NCBI GenBank assembly: GCA_965218435.1
Contig: CBDCKW010000009.1
Location: forward strand, 3,456,001 to 3,520,000
From: Truepera sp.
Lineage (GTDB): Bacteria > Deinococcota > Deinococci > Deinococcales > Trueperaceae
Direction of reading: 5' to 3'
DNA length: 64,000 nucleotides
Shown: piece after piece, positions 28,827 through 39,497 of the stretch
How positions within the stretch are numbered: the stretch's first letter is position 1
Layout of the letters: each line of letters opens with the position of its first letter
The notes under the pieces: model-generated
Database searches by the model: none
What the model was told of the DNA's origin: nothing
Seen by the model: only the letters and a program-made list of their open reading frames with translations
Position numbers and translations under genes: made by a program

Positions 28827-30095
28827 ATGACCGCAGACGAAGCTGTCACGCTTTTGCACGGCGCGTTTCAGGTCGCGTTAGACGCAGCGAACCCGGCGCA
28901 TACGCTCCCTGAGTATCTGCCGCCGCCACCTCGAGGCCGGTTGGTGATCGTCGGTGCAGGTAAAGCGGCGGCGGGGATGGCTCGAGTAACGGAAGCGTTT
29001 TATAAGACACAGTATCCGAAAGTAGGGCTCGAGGGCCTTGTTATCACCCGTTACGGTCACCTCGATGTACAGGGTGCCCCAACTGGGCAGATTAGAGTCG
29101 TAGAGGCGTCGCACCCGGTGCCTGACGCGGCGGGCGTCGCGGCTACCGAACAGATTTTAGTGTTGGCTGAGGGTCTCGGCAAAGATGACCTGCTCGTGTG
29201 CCTGCTTTCGGGCGGCGGTTCGGCGCTCTTGTGTGCGCCGGACGGCGTGACGCTCTCCCAAAAGGCAGCGTTGACCGGGGCGTTGCTACGCTCCGGCGCG
29301 GATATTACCGAGATGAATACGGTAAGAAAGCATCTCTCGAGGGTCAAAGGGGGCGGACTGGCGCGGGCCGCGTTTCCTGCCAGGGTCGTATCTCTGATTG
29401 TCTCAGACGTTGCCGGTGACGACCTCAGCGTGATTGCGTCGGGGCCGACCGTACCCGACCCCAGCACCTTGGCTGAAGCTAGAGCGGTTTTAGAAAGGTA
29501 CGGGCTCGAGCCTCCCTCTCACCTCAGCAGCGCCTCTGAAACCCTCAAACCGGGTGACGCTATCTTTAAGCGAGTCCAAAACCACCTCATCGCTTCAGCG
29601 CAGGGGATGTTGGAGGCCACGGCCACGTTTTTTCGTGAGCACGGCGTAACACCGCTGATTTTAAGTGAATCGGTTACTGGCGAGGCGCGCGAGATTGCTA
29701 AAATGCACGCAGCCATCGCGCGGCAGGTGCGGATGCACGGGGAACCGCTCGAGCCGCCTTGTGTGCTGCTCTCCGGTGGTGAAACGACCGTGACGGTACG
29801 GGGCAACGGGCGGGGCGGGCGTAACTGTGAGTTTGCGCTGTCGTTGGCACTTGCGTTGGGCGGGCTCGAGAGAGTTTACGCGCTGGCTGCCGATACCGAC
29901 GGGATTGACGGCACCGAAGATGCTGCGGGCGCGCTCATCACGCCGCGAACTTTGTCTCTCGTAGGCCGCGCCGAAGCGCAACGTTACTTAGATGACAACG
30001 ATGCTTACAGCTTTTTTGAGCGGGCCGGTGGGCTTATCTGCACCGGCCCGACGCTGACGAACGTCAACGATGTGCGAGTAATTTTAGTGCTCTAA
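28827..30095 (+). CDS. glycerate 2-kinase / hydroxypyruvate reductase (MOFRL family)
   Basis: GAGKAA, SGGGSAL, RKHLSRVKGG, SGGETTV..GGRN, DTDGIDG, TNVND. Confidence 0.9.
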   Translation: MTADEAVTLLHGAFQVALDAANPAHTLPEYLPPPPRGRLVIVGAGKAAAGMARVTEAFYKTQYPKVGLEGLVITRYGHLDVQGAPTGQIRVVEASHPVPDAAGVAATEQILVLAEGLGKDDLLVCLLSGGGSALLCAPDGVTLSQKAALTGALLRSGADITEMNTVRKHLSRVKGGGLARAAFPARVVSLIVSDVAGDDLSVIASGPTVPDPSTLAEARAVLERYGLEPPSHLSSASETLKPGDAIFKRVQNHLIASAQGMLEATATFFREHGVTPLILSESVTGEAREIAKMHAAIARQVRMHGEPLEPPCVLLSGGETTVTVRGNGRGGRNCEFALSLALALGGLERVYALAADTDGIDGTEDAAGALITPRTLSLVGRAEAQRYLDDNDAYSFFERAGGLICTGPTLTNVNDVRVILVL

Positions 30096-30986
30096 AGGGC
30101 TGACCCACGTTTCCAGCGTGTTCAGCAGTCTACTCGTTTCTTTGTGGTTACTCTTGACCAAAAAAGTAAGTGCAAAGAGGGCTGCGTACCAAGAAACGAC
30201 TGCTCGTTTTGTCTCGTCCAAATTATAAGCTCGGCAAAGTTCTTCGACATAATCAAGGTGCTCAGGGCCTACATCTAAGACAATCGCTGCTGCGGTCAGG
30301 CCGAGCGTCCACAGTGGGTCGCCGTAACACATCACGTCAAAATCAACGAGTCCGCTGAGGGTTCCGTTTTGAACGATGACATTTTTGATGGTGAGGTCGT
30401 CTAAAAAGCAGGTGGGCACGACCTGCTCGAGATAGCTTGCAAACATGTCCGTCAGGGCAAAAACACGGTTGCGCCAACAGGTTAGAGGGGGCTCGAGCTT
30501 GACCGGCAAATCTTTACGGGTTTCCGCTAAAACCAGGTCTCGCCAGGTCGTGAAAGGGGCGACCTCACCGATGGACGCGTAGCCAAAGCCAGCTCCTAAA
30601 GGCAACGTCGCTACAGTGCGCTGGTAACCGACAATCTGCTCAGCCAGACGCTTCTTTTGCATCAGGGTCATCGTGCTGAGTTCATAACGCAAATCGCATC
30701 CGGGCAGTTTGTCCAGCACCATATACGCCGCCGAGTAACGCGTTTTAGTCAAGTTTTGGACGACGAGGTTGGATACGGGGAGCCCGAGCCCGCGCAAGAC
30801 GGTAAGGTTGTGCGCCGTACCAGAAAAAACAGCTGAACTTGCGTTGGTCCGCACGATAAGCGCACGACCTGGCAAAGTGACCTCGTAGGAAACGCTGCTG
30901 TGTCCGAAGGTTAGATGGGTCACGGCTGCAGGTGTTTCAGCAAACGTTTCGGTGATAAGCTGCGTGACTTGTTCCGGGGTCATCAA
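30084..30986 (-). CDS. aminoglycoside phosphotransferase-like kinase
   Basis: FLDDLTIKNVIV..GLVDFD..GDP. Confidence 0.8.
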   Translation of the reverse strand: MMTPEQVTQLITETFAETPAAVTHLTFGHSSVSYEVTLPGRALIVRTNASSAVFSGTAHNLTVLRGLGLPVSNLVVQNLTKTRYSAAYMVLDKLPGCDLRYELSTMTLMQKKRLAEQIVGYQRTVATLPLGAGFGYASIGEVAPFTTWRDLVLAETRKDLPVKLEPPLTCWRNRVFALTDMFASYLEQVVPTCFLDDLTIKNVIVQNGTLSGLVDFDVMCYGDPLWTLGLTAAAIVLDVGPEHLDYVEELCRAYNLDETKRAVVSWYAALFALTFLVKSNHKETSRLLNTLETWVSPLEH

Positions 30987-30989
30987 CCC

Positions 30990-32582
30990 TTAGCCGACGC
31001 CCTCTTGGAGTTGCCGCACTGCGCTGGTCGCTCCCGGCGAAACAAGCGCCGTGATTTCGTCACCGGCCTCGAGCACCGTATCGGCCGTAACGACCCGCTC
31101 CGTCAGCGCCCGTTTGAGCGTGACCAAAATGCAGCCGTTGGGGAGCCCCAAAGCCCGCACCGCCTCACCGTCAAAGGGTGCGCCGGGTTGCACCGTCAGC
31201 GTGAGCAGGAGCGCACCTTCGTCGGACACAGGGATCGTATCTTCGGGGACGTCACGGTTGAGTTCGCGGGCCAAAAGCGCGTCGTAAACGGGCGGGACGC
31301 CGAACCCTTCAGCGACGATGTAGGCGCTGAAACACGCGAGCATGAGGGGGAGCATCTGCCCGTAATTCCCGGTCATTTCGACGATTAAAACCAGGCCCGT
31401 CAGAGGTGCCCGGACAACGCCGGTAAAAACAGCCGCCATCCCTACGACCGCGAGCGCCTCGGAGTCAATGCCGAGTTGTGGGAAGCTCAGGTGCGACACG
31501 TCCCCTAAACCCGTCCCGAGCAGCGCACCGAGCACCAAGAGCGGCGCAAAAATACCGCCGGGGGTACCGATGGCGTAGCTGCCGAGGGTCAGCACGTAGC
31601 GGAGCAGCAACAGCGGTACGATGGCAAGCAGCAGGGTATGACCCGCAAGTGTCTGCTCAATCAACCCGTCACCGGCGCTGATACTGCCCGGAAAAAAAAT
31701 TGCGATTACCCCGATGATGCCGCCGACGCCCGCAGCCGTCACGAGCGGGCTCCAGGGAAGCTTGGTTATCCCATCTAAGGTTAAAAGCAGCCCTTGGGTA
31801 AAGGCGACGCTGATCAGACCCGCAAGCACGCCGAGAACCGGGTAGAGGAAAAGCGTGCCGAGGGCGGGCGCGGCGTAAAACGGGATGTCGTAAACGGGTT
31901 GCTGACCGTTAGCAAAACGCGTCACCACGTCGGCGATGACCGAGGCGATGAGGGCCGCGCCGAAGACGTTCGGGGTAAAACCGCGCTGGATTTCCTCGAG
32001 CACAAACACCACACCTGCTAAGGGCGCGTTAAACGCAGCGGCGAGACCGGCCCCGCTCCCAGCGGCAATCAGCGCCAACCGTTCGCCGGGGTTGCTGCCA
32101 AAAAATCTGGCGAGCGCCGACCCGAGTGCGCCGCCCATCTGCACGGTCGGCCCTTCGCGCCCGAGTGCCAAACCGCCCCCGATAGCCAGCACGCCCCCAA
32201 AAAACTTGACCGGTAAGAGCCGACCCGGATGCAGGCGACGCAACCGGTAAAAAACCGCTTTGAGGTGCGGAATCCCGCTGCCGACCGCTTCGGGTGCAAA
32301 CCGCCGAACCAAAAAAACGGCGATGGTTGCGCTGCCCGCACCCCACAACACACTCGGCAGCCAACCCCAAACGTGCTCGTGGGCGTAAGTCCCTAAAACG
32401 GTGCGTAACGCTGCCGCTCCTTCTAAACACCAGCGAAAAGCGAGTGCCAACAAGCCCGTACCAAGACCTAAAAGCGCCGCACGCGGATAGACGCGGCGAC
32501 GCTGTGTCCGCATGGCGAGGTAGGTGCGAATTTCACGGTCGGCGCGCCGAGCTTTGGAGTCTAAAGGGGGCTTTGTGGCCAT
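30990..32582 (-). CDS. clcA: ClC H+/Cl- antiporter with TrkA-C domain
   Basis: GSGIP, GREGP, FNAPLAG, GGIFAP, GVVRAPLT; C-terminal RCK-C. Confidence 0.9.
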   Translation of the reverse strand: MATKPPLDSKARRADREIRTYLAMRTQRRRVYPRAALLGLGTGLLALAFRWCLEGAAALRTVLGTYAHEHVWGWLPSVLWGAGSATIAVFLVRRFAPEAVGSGIPHLKAVFYRLRRLHPGRLLPVKFFGGVLAIGGGLALGREGPTVQMGGALGSALARFFGSNPGERLALIAAGSGAGLAAAFNAPLAGVVFVLEEIQRGFTPNVFGAALIASVIADVVTRFANGQQPVYDIPFYAAPALGTLFLYPVLGVLAGLISVAFTQGLLLTLDGITKLPWSPLVTAAGVGGIIGVIAIFFPGSISAGDGLIEQTLAGHTLLLAIVPLLLLRYVLTLGSYAIGTPGGIFAPLLVLGALLGTGLGDVSHLSFPQLGIDSEALAVVGMAAVFTGVVRAPLTGLVLIVEMTGNYGQMLPLMLACFSAYIVAEGFGVPPVYDALLARELNRDVPEDTIPVSDEGALLLTLTVQPGAPFDGEAVRALGLPNGCILVTLKRALTERVVTADTVLEAGDEITALVSPGATSAVRQLQEGVG

Positions 32583-32631
32583 AGAAGCTCATCATACGGG
32601 GTAAGGCAAGGGACATTTCTCTTTCTCGGGT

Positions 32632-33597
32632 CTAAACCTCACTCGCGTAAAGCCGAACCGTCTTTTGTGCCTGTTCGCAGACTTTGTGCCGGAGTTCGGC
32701 GGGGGCTAAGACCTCTACCGCGGGGCCGAAACTGAGCAGATATTCGCACGCCTCCCACGCGACCTCGAAGAGCAGCTCGAGGCGTACCCACCCAGCTTTA
32801 TCTACCGTTTGCGCCTCACTGATGACGCGCACGTAACGGCCTGAGACGCGCATCCGCTCTACAATCTCGGGTCGAGCCCGCACCGTTACCGGATAGCGCG
32901 GCAAGTTTTCCTTAAACGTCTCTTTCGACCTTTCCCAATACACGGCCAGGTCAAATCCGGCGGGGCGCGTACCGGGAGCGCCCGTAAGCTCGAGCCCTTC
33001 GATACGTGACACTCGGTAAGTACGCAACTCGCCGTCTACACCCGCAATCAAGTACCAGGTGCTGCCCCGTGCGACCAATCCGAGCGGGTCTACCAGGCGC
33101 GTCACAGTTTTGTCGCTCCGAGCGTAGTGCAAACTCACTCGTCGGCCCTGCCACACCGCCTCATAAAGCAGCGGCAAAAAGGGCACCGCGTCTTTACTTT
33201 TTGTCCAACCCGCCGTATCGATATAAAGGTGCTGCTGAGCGTCCCTTGCCTCTGCTTGTGACGGCGTAGGAAGCGACGCCAACAGCTTGAGCTGCGCGGC
33301 GTCAAAGACGTTTGACAAGCCCAGGTCTTTAAGTAACGTAGGTGGTTTGCCAAAAAATAGGGTTTGCAATTCCGCGCTGCTCAGCCCGGTAAGCTGTGTT
33401 TTGTAGTCGTTTAGGAGCGCAACGCCGCCGCTCGGCCCCGGTTCGGCGTAAACCGGCACTCCGGCTGCGGTCAGCGCGTCCAGGTCGCGGTAAATTGTAC
33501 GCGGTGAAACCTCGAGCCGCCGCGCCAACTCACGCGCTTTGATTTTCCCTTCAGTTTGTAACGTCAGTAAAAGGCTCAAAAGACGGTCTGCCCGCAT
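32632..33597 (-). CDS. HTH-WYL transcriptional regulator (YafY/PafB/DriD family)
   Basis: MRADRLL, LEVSPRTIYRD, WYL, RTYRVSRI. Confidence 0.95.
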   Translation of the reverse strand: MRADRLLSLLLTLQTEGKIKARELARRLEVSPRTIYRDLDALTAAGVPVYAEPGPSGGVALLNDYKTQLTGLSSAELQTLFFGKPPTLLKDLGLSNVFDAAQLKLLASLPTPSQAEARDAQQHLYIDTAGWTKSKDAVPFLPLLYEAVWQGRRVSLHYARSDKTVTRLVDPLGLVARGSTWYLIAGVDGELRTYRVSRIEGLELTGAPGTRPAGFDLAVYWERSKETFKENLPRYPVTVRARPEIVERMRVSGRYVRVISEAQTVDKAGWVRLELLFEVAWEACEYLLSFGPAVEVLAPAELRHKVCEQAQKTVRLYASEV

Positions 33598-33618
33598 ATG
33601 TTTAGCGTAACAAAACGT

Positions 33619-33650
33619 TGACAGCAGGTGTCATAGATACTCGTTACGCT
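33619..33650 (+). promoter_or_regulatory. putative WYL-regulator operator/promoter
   Basis: TGACA-GCAGG-TGTCA palindrome; TGTCAT-N10-TACGCT. Confidence 0.7.
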
Positions 33651-33667
33651 GGATGCAGGAGGTCAAC

Positions 33668-34576
33668 ATGGAGACTGAGATGACGTTAGCGGGTAAAGTG
33701 GCGGTCGTCGCCGGAGCAACGCGAGGCGCAGGTCGCGGCATCGCCGTAGAACTCGGCGCGGCAGGCGCAACCGTTTACTGTACGGGCCGCAGCGTGCGCG
33801 GCAACCCGTCGGATATGAACCGGAGTGAAACCATTGACGAGACCGCCGAGCTGGTCACCCAAGCAGGCGGTCGCGGTATTGCAGTGAGGACCGACCACAC
33901 GAAAGAGGCGGAGGTCAAAGCTCTTTTTGAACGCGTCAAAGCGGAGCAAAACGGGCAGCTCGATATTCTGGTCAACGATGTCTGGGGCGGCGAATCGCTA
34001 ACCGAATGGAAAGTGTTTTGGAAACTCGAGCTGAACAAAGGGCGAGTGATGCTCGAGCGGGCAGTCTTTTCTCACATCGTCACGAGCCGTTACGGAGTGC
34101 CGCTGATGATAGCGAACGGGCGTGGCCTCATCATTGAAATCACCGATGGCAACACCTTCAACTACCGGGGCACACTCTTCTATGACCTCGCTAAAGTCGC
34201 CGCTATTCGTCTAGCTGCGGATATGGCCGCTGACTTCCGCCGAGCCGACCTCGAGATTACGGCGTTGGCACTAACCCCCGGCTTCTTGCGTTCGGAAGAG
34301 ATGTTAGGCCACTTTGGCGTTACGGAAGCGAACTGGCAAGACGGCGCGAAAAAAGACCCGTACTTTATTGCGTCGGAAACCCCTTTTTATACAGGAAAAG
34401 CGGTCGCAGCATTAGCAGCCGACCCAAGTGTATACGAAAAGACAGGCAAAGCTTTTTACACGGGTAATTTGGCAATCGAATACAATTTTACTGACACAAA
34501 CGGAACCCGACCGAACTTCCAAACTTTTTTCAAAGAAATAAAGAGCAAAGAAGCGGCCCAAGAGCAGGGTGAATGA
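33668..34576 (+). CDS. SDR oxidoreductase (DHRS1-like)
   Basis: CAGGAGG RBS; AGATRGAGRG, LVNDVWGG, YDLAK, TPGFLRSE. Confidence 0.9.
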   Translation: METEMTLAGKVAVVAGATRGAGRGIAVELGAAGATVYCTGRSVRGNPSDMNRSETIDETAELVTQAGGRGIAVRTDHTKEAEVKALFERVKAEQNGQLDILVNDVWGGESLTEWKVFWKLELNKGRVMLERAVFSHIVTSRYGVPLMIANGRGLIIEITDGNTFNYRGTLFYDLAKVAAIRLAADMAADFRRADLEITALALTPGFLRSEEMLGHFGVTEANWQDGAKKDPYFIASETPFYTGKAVAALAADPSVYEKTGKAFYTGNLAIEYNFTDTNGTRPNFQTFFKEIKSKEAAQEQGE

Positions 34577-35406
34577 GACCGCTCGAGCACAAAGTTGCTG
34601 TTGTCACCGGAGCGAGTCGCGGGGCCGGACGCGGAATCGCCTTGGTTTTAGGTGAAGCGGGCGCAACATTTTACCTGACCGGGCGCAGCGTGCGGGGGGC
34701 GCAGACAAGTGAGCTGGCAGGAACGACGTTGGAGGACACTGCTGACCTGATGGCCGCGCGTGGTGGCGTCGGCATTCCGGTTCGCACCGACCACACCCAA
34801 GACGAAGAAATCGAAGCACTTTTTGCACGTGTTAAAGACGAATATGGACGGCTTGACCTGCTCGTCAACAACGCCTGGGGTGGTTATGAAGAGATGGGGG
34901 ACACCTTCGGCGCACCCTTCTGGGTAGAACCAATGGCACGTTTTGACCGGATGTTCTCAGCGGGCGTACGCTCGCACCTCGTAACGGCGCGGGCGGCGCT
35001 GCCTCTAATGACGGCGCAAAACCGTGGGCTAATCATCAATACGACGCTCGAGATGGACCCTACGTTTTACGATGAAGCCCTTTTTTACCGCACTTCAAAA
35101 CTTGCTATCAACTATTTGACCTTTGGCATGGCGCACGACCTGCGCGTCCGGGGCGGCTACGATTTAGCGGCGATTGGCGTAGCGCCGGGGTGGACGCGTA
35201 CAGAAGCCGTGATGGAAAACTTTCGTAGCGGGCTTCACCAAGAGAGTGACCTCGAGCAGACTGAATCCGTTGAATATATCGGTCGGGCCATTTTAGCCCT
35301 CGCTACGGACCCTGACGTGATGGCTAAAAGTGGGCAGATACTCAGAACCAGAGACCTCGCCCACGAGTATAGCTTTACCGACGTAGACGGCAGACAACCT
35401 GCTTAG
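34573..35406 (+). CDS. SDR oxidoreductase (DHRS1-like paralog)
   Basis: TGASRGAGRG, LVNNAWGG, YRTSK. Confidence 0.9.
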   Translation: MRPLEHKVAVVTGASRGAGRGIALVLGEAGATFYLTGRSVRGAQTSELAGTTLEDTADLMAARGGVGIPVRTDHTQDEEIEALFARVKDEYGRLDLLVNNAWGGYEEMGDTFGAPFWVEPMARFDRMFSAGVRSHLVTARAALPLMTAQNRGLIINTTLEMDPTFYDEALFYRTSKLAINYLTFGMAHDLRVRGGYDLAAIGVAPGWTRTEAVMENFRSGLHQESDLEQTESVEYIGRAILALATDPDVMAKSGQILRTRDLAHEYSFTDVDGRQPA

Positions 35407-35410
35407 CGGG

Positions 35411-35779
35411 CTACTCGAGTTCCTCCCGCGTCAACCACTCGGCTTCCGGCTCGACTTGCTCAGCTATTGCGGGGCCGGTGTCGCCCCAGTCTTGATTTTC
35501 CAGGGTCATGAGCGCCGACACATCCATCTCGTGCTCGCACAAAATCTGGCACGACAACCTAAAGTCGGGCTCTACGCCGGGTTCGAGCCCCAGCTTGGCA
35601 AATTCGGCTTTGGTGTACGTGTCCGGCTCGCCCAGAGAAAAGGTGACGCGGCAGGTGGTGCAGCGGCATTTGCCGCCGCAGCGGTGCCCGATGTCAATCC
35701 CTGCGTCTTCGATAGCTTGGGTTAGCCGCGTACCTTTGGCAACCTCGAGGTGTCGCCCGTTGACTTTAACTGTTGGCAT
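35411..35779 (-). CDS. 2Fe-2S ferredoxin
   Basis: HRCGGKCRCTTC...RLSCQI. Confidence 0.9.
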   Translation of the reverse strand: MPTVKVNGRHLEVAKGTRLTQAIEDAGIDIGHRCGGKCRCTTCRVTFSLGEPDTYTKAEFAKLGLEPGVEPDFRLSCQILCEHEMDVSALMTLENQDWGDTGPAIAEQVEPEAEWLTREELE

Positions 35780-35788
35780 GTAACTCTC

Positions 35789-36562
35789 CTAGTCAGACTG
35801 TGAAGCTTGGAGCGCAGCCCCGACGATGCCCGCTTCGTTCAGCAGTTTGGCCGGAACGATGGGCGTTTTGGGTTTTAAGAACTCGAGATACTCTTCGCTC
35901 TTTTTGCTGACGCCGCCGCCCAAAATGAAGAGGTCAGGCGAAAAAATAAACTCGAGGTGTTCCAAGTACGTGTTCACCCGTTTGCCCCACTTTTTCCAGC
36001 TGAGGTCGTCATCTTTACGGACCCTATCCGACGCCCACGCCTCAGCCTCTCTCCCTTTTTTCAAAAATAGGTGGCCGAACTCGGTATTGGGGATAAGTTT
36101 GCCGTTATAAAACATCGCGCTACCGATGCCTGTGCCGAAAGTGAGTAAAATCACGACGCCCTTCTGGTCTTTGCCTGCGCCGAAGGTGACCTCGGCGCGT
36201 CCGGCAGCGTCGGCGTCGTTTAACAGGTGAACTTCGCACCCGGTTGCTTCGGTCAAGAGCTTGTCGGCGTCGAGGCCGATCCAGCCTTTGTCTACGTTGG
36301 CGGCTGAGAGCGTCACGCCGCGTTTGACGATGGCGGGGAAGGTGCAGCCGACCACGCCGGTATAGTCAAAAAACGTCACGATGTCAGTGACCGTCTCGGC
36401 GACGGCCTCAGGTGTTGAGGGCTGAGGCGTGTCTATCCGGTAACGTTCGGTCGTCAGCTCGCCGGTCTCGGGGTTGACGAGCGCCCCTTTGATCCCCGAA
36501 CCGCCGATGTCAATGCCGAGCAGGGGTTGCGTCTTGTCAGAATTTTTCTTTTTACGGGCCAC
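35789..36562 (-). CDS. ppgK: polyphosphate glucokinase (ROK family)
   Basis: GTG start re-called; [32 protein letters not shown]. Confidence 0.85.
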   Translation of the reverse strand: MARKKKNSDKTQPLLGIDIGGSGIKGALVNPETGELTTERYRIDTPQPSTPEAVAETVTDIVTFFDYTGVVGCTFPAIVKRGVTLSAANVDKGWIGLDADKLLTEATGCEVHLLNDADAAGRAEVTFGAGKDQKGVVILLTFGTGIGSAMFYNGKLIPNTEFGHLFLKKGREAEAWASDRVRKDDDLSWKKWGKRVNTYLEHLEFIFSPDLFILGGGVSKKSEEYLEFLKPKTPIVPAKLLNEAGIVGAALQASQSD

Positions 36563-36700
36563 AGCGTTATTATGCCCTATTTGACGGCTGGGGCGTCCGG
36601 GTTGTCCGAAAACCGGTTGCTTTTGGGTTGAGCGCCTCGAGTGCAGGGTAGTGCAACGTCTAACACCCGCTAGCCTTGTAGGGTAAGTTTTGGAGGCAAA

Positions 36701-37519
36701 ATGAAACATGTAGAGATTCAAGGCGTAGCGGTTCCGGCGCTGGGTTTAGGAACTTGGGACTTACGGGGCGAGGCGTGTACCGAAGCGGTTGAACACGCCC
36801 TATCGCTTGGTTACCGGCATATTGACACTGCGCAGGGTTACGACAACGAAGAATTCGTCGGGGCGGGGTTGCAAAAATCCAACTTAGCCCGTGACGACAT
36901 CTTTTTGGTGACTAAGGTCAAACCGGACAACTTTGGGCGTGAACAGGTGCTTACGAGCACCGCTGAAAGCCTCGGCAAGCTGCAGACCGATTATGTAGAC
37001 CTGCTCCTGCTGCACTGGCCCAACCCGGAGGTGCCGCTAGCTGAAACGCTGGGAGCATGTTTGGAACTGCAACAGCAGGGCGCGGTGCGGCATATCGGCG
37101 TCAGCAACTTTCCTTCCAAGCTGATGAACGAAGCGCAGGAGATGACCAAGATTTTTGCCGATCAAGTCGAGTATCACCCGTACCTATCGCAAGAGACGCT
37201 GCTGCAGCAGGCAAGAGCCCAAGATTATCTGCTGACAGCCTACAGCCCCATCGCGCAGGGACAAGTCGTGAACGACCCAGTGCTCCAAGAGATCGGCGAG
37301 GCGCACGGCAAAAGCGCCGTTCAGGTCACGCTCCGCTGGCTCGTGCAGCAAGACCACGTAGCCGCGATTCCCAAATCGGCGTCGGAGAAAAATCGGGTGA
37401 ATAACCTGGACATCTTCGACTTTGAACTGTCAGACGATGAGATGGCGCGGATTTTCGCTTTAGAGCGTCGTGAACGGCTCGTTGCGCCGGAGGGTGGGCC
37501 GGAGTGGGATAACAAATAG
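36701..37519 (+). CDS. aldo/keto reductase (DkgB-like)
   Basis: [33 protein letters not shown]. Confidence 0.95.
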   Translation: MKHVEIQGVAVPALGLGTWDLRGEACTEAVEHALSLGYRHIDTAQGYDNEEFVGAGLQKSNLARDDIFLVTKVKPDNFGREQVLTSTAESLGKLQTDYVDLLLLHWPNPEVPLAETLGACLELQQQGAVRHIGVSNFPSKLMNEAQEMTKIFADQVEYHPYLSQETLLQQARAQDYLLTAYSPIAQGQVVNDPVLQEIGEAHGKSAVQVTLRWLVQQDHVAAIPKSASEKNRVNNLDIFDFELSDDEMARIFALERRERLVAPEGGPEWDNK

Positions 37520-37595
37520 GTTTGTAAGACATACGGTTCTGCCGCTCAGCTAAGGTGCTAGACTCGAGCCCAGCTCATCATAAAAGGAGGCTGTT

Positions 37596-38039
37596 GTGAG
37601 AACTGACCGAATGCTCAGGGGTTGTGCCGTACTCCTGGTTGCTTTTCTCGTTTCGTGTGCTCAGCCTAACGAACAGTTTCCAGCGGGATTTGCGTTCGGC
37701 GGTACCGCGTGGCAGCTGGGCTCGCTCGGCGGCAGATCACTCTCAAAAGGTACGGCGATAACGCTCGAGTTTAGAGATAAAAATTTTAACGGTTATAGCG
37801 GGTGCAACTGGTACGGCGGCGACTACACGGTGACGGGTATGGCTATCCATTTCACAGACAGCGGCAGTACGGCTCAGCTGTGCCCCACGCCCGTTGGCGT
37901 CATGCTACAAGAAGAAGCCTACGGACGGTTGCTTGCTGAAACCTTTAGCTACCGGGTTACGGGCGACTCTCTCGAACTGCTAAGCGGTGGAGGCACCGCA
38001 TTGACATTTACGCGAGGAGTGAGCGATCTGAAACCTTAG
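37596..38039 (+). CDS. META (HslJ-like) domain lipoprotein
   Basis: LVSC lipobox; W.L..L, GYSGCNWYGGDY. Confidence 0.85.
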   Translation: MRTDRMLRGCAVLLVAFLVSCAQPNEQFPAGFAFGGTAWQLGSLGGRSLSKGTAITLEFRDKNFNGYSGCNWYGGDYTVTGMAIHFTDSGSTAQLCPTPVGVMLQEEAYGRLLAETFSYRVTGDSLELLSGGGTALTFTRGVSDLKP

Positions 38040-38392
38040 TGGGGATTCTCGAGCTTAAGTGGTGCCGGGATTTCTAAATCGGGGCTACGTGAGTCTTGAA
38101 TCACCTGATGAATCTCCAGCACATTGCGCCCGGAAAACGCCTCTCTGGGCAGCGTGCTGCTCTTGGCGTGACCCTCGAGGAACGCCTCGGAACTCGTCCA
38201 CGCTTGAAACTGCTCGTAGGTCTCCCAATAGGTCAGGACGATATATGGCTGACCCGGCGCACTCGGGCGGAGCACCTGGTTAAACAAAAATCCCGGCATC
38301 GTATCAACGAGTCCGGCGCGGTTAGCAAAACGTTCTTCAAACGCTTCGGCGTAGTCGGGGTTGACGAAAATGCGGTTGGCGACGCTGATCAT
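38036..38392 (-). CDS. ABM-domain monooxygenase (IsdG/HmoA heme-degrading-like)
   Basis: ISVANRI..FEERF..R..PGF..W..SEAFLEGH. Confidence 0.85.
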   Translation of the reverse strand: MISVANRIFVNPDYAEAFEERFANRAGLVDTMPGFLFNQVLRPSAPGQPYIVLTYWETYEQFQAWTSSEAFLEGHAKSSTLPREAFSGRNVLEIHQVIQDSRSPDLEIPAPLKLENPH

Positions 38393-38514
38393 CGGGGCCT
38401 CCAGAAGGGTAGCGTAGCACCCTACCCAAAATTATTTATGAAGATTATTCGCGCGATGAGTTAAACGTCCGACGTTGTTTTAGAACAGAGCCGACTCTAA
38501 GCTAAACTGGAGTG

Positions 38515-39492
38515 ATGGAAAGCAAATCTACTTCCACAGCTTGCTGCTCAGCCTCGCGTCAAGCTGTGGGCACTGACGTTTCTGACACTGGAGCTGGCGA
38601 TAACACTTCTGCTGCAAAGATAGAGCCGGGACCGTCAGCGGAGAGCACTGCCGACATGGTGCAGCTTCCGGGTGGGCGCTTTCTGATGGGCAGCGACGAT
38701 AAGAGCTTTCCAGAGGACGGCGAGGGTCCCGTCCGCGAGGTGACGCTCAGTCCCTTTTGGATAGACCGTTACGCTGTTACCAACGCCGCGTTTGCTGCGT
38801 TTACCGAAGCAACTGGGTACGTGAGCGAGGCGGAACGGTTCGGGTGGTCGTTCGTTTTTTACGGGCTTTTGCCTGGAGACTTTCCACCGACTCGGGGCGT
38901 TGCCCAAACTCCCTGGTGGCGGCAGGTCTATGGTGCAAATTGGGCACATCCCGAAGGGCCGCAGTCAGATGTGAGAGGGCGTCTCGAGCATCCAGTGGTA
39001 CACGTTTCGTGGAACGACGCGGCGGCGTATGCCCGGTGGACCGGAAAACGTCTGCCGACGGAGGCCGAGTGGGAGTACGCGGCAAGGGGCGGGCTCGAGG
39101 GCAAACGTTACCCTTGGGGCGACCGCTTGACCCCGGATAAAAAGCACCGCTGCAACATCTGGCAAGGGACGTTTCCCAGCAAGAATACTGGCAAAGACGG
39201 CTTTTTGGGAACCGCGCCCGTAACCGCGTTTGAACCCAATGGGTACGGGCTTTACAATATGGTCGGTAATACCTGGGAGTGGTGCCAAGACTTCTGGAGC
39301 CCGGATTATCACGTGAGCGGCCCCCGCGAAAACCCTTCCGGGCCGCCTGTAGGCGAAGCCAGAGTGATTAAAGGCGGCTCGTACCTCTGCCACGCGTCGT
39401 ACTGTAACCGCTACCGCGCCTCAGCCCGGACGAACAACACGCCGGACAGCACGCTGGGGCACACGGGGTTTCGGCTGGTACGAAGTTTGTAG
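38515..39492 (+). CDS. formylglycine-generating enzyme (SUMF1 family)
   Basis: HPVVHVSWND, RLPTEAEWEYAARGG, GGSYLCHASYCNRYR. Confidence 0.95.
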   Translation: MESKSTSTACCSASRQAVGTDVSDTGAGDNTSAAKIEPGPSAESTADMVQLPGGRFLMGSDDKSFPEDGEGPVREVTLSPFWIDRYAVTNAAFAAFTEATGYVSEAERFGWSFVFYGLLPGDFPPTRGVAQTPWWRQVYGANWAHPEGPQSDVRGRLEHPVVHVSWNDAAAYARWTGKRLPTEAEWEYAARGGLEGKRYPWGDRLTPDKKHRCNIWQGTFPSKNTGKDGFLGTAPVTAFEPNGYGLYNMVGNTWEWCQDFWSPDYHVSGPRENPSGPPVGEARVIKGGSYLCHASYCNRYRASARTNNTPDSTLGHTGFRLVRSL

Positions 39493-39497
39493 GCCGT

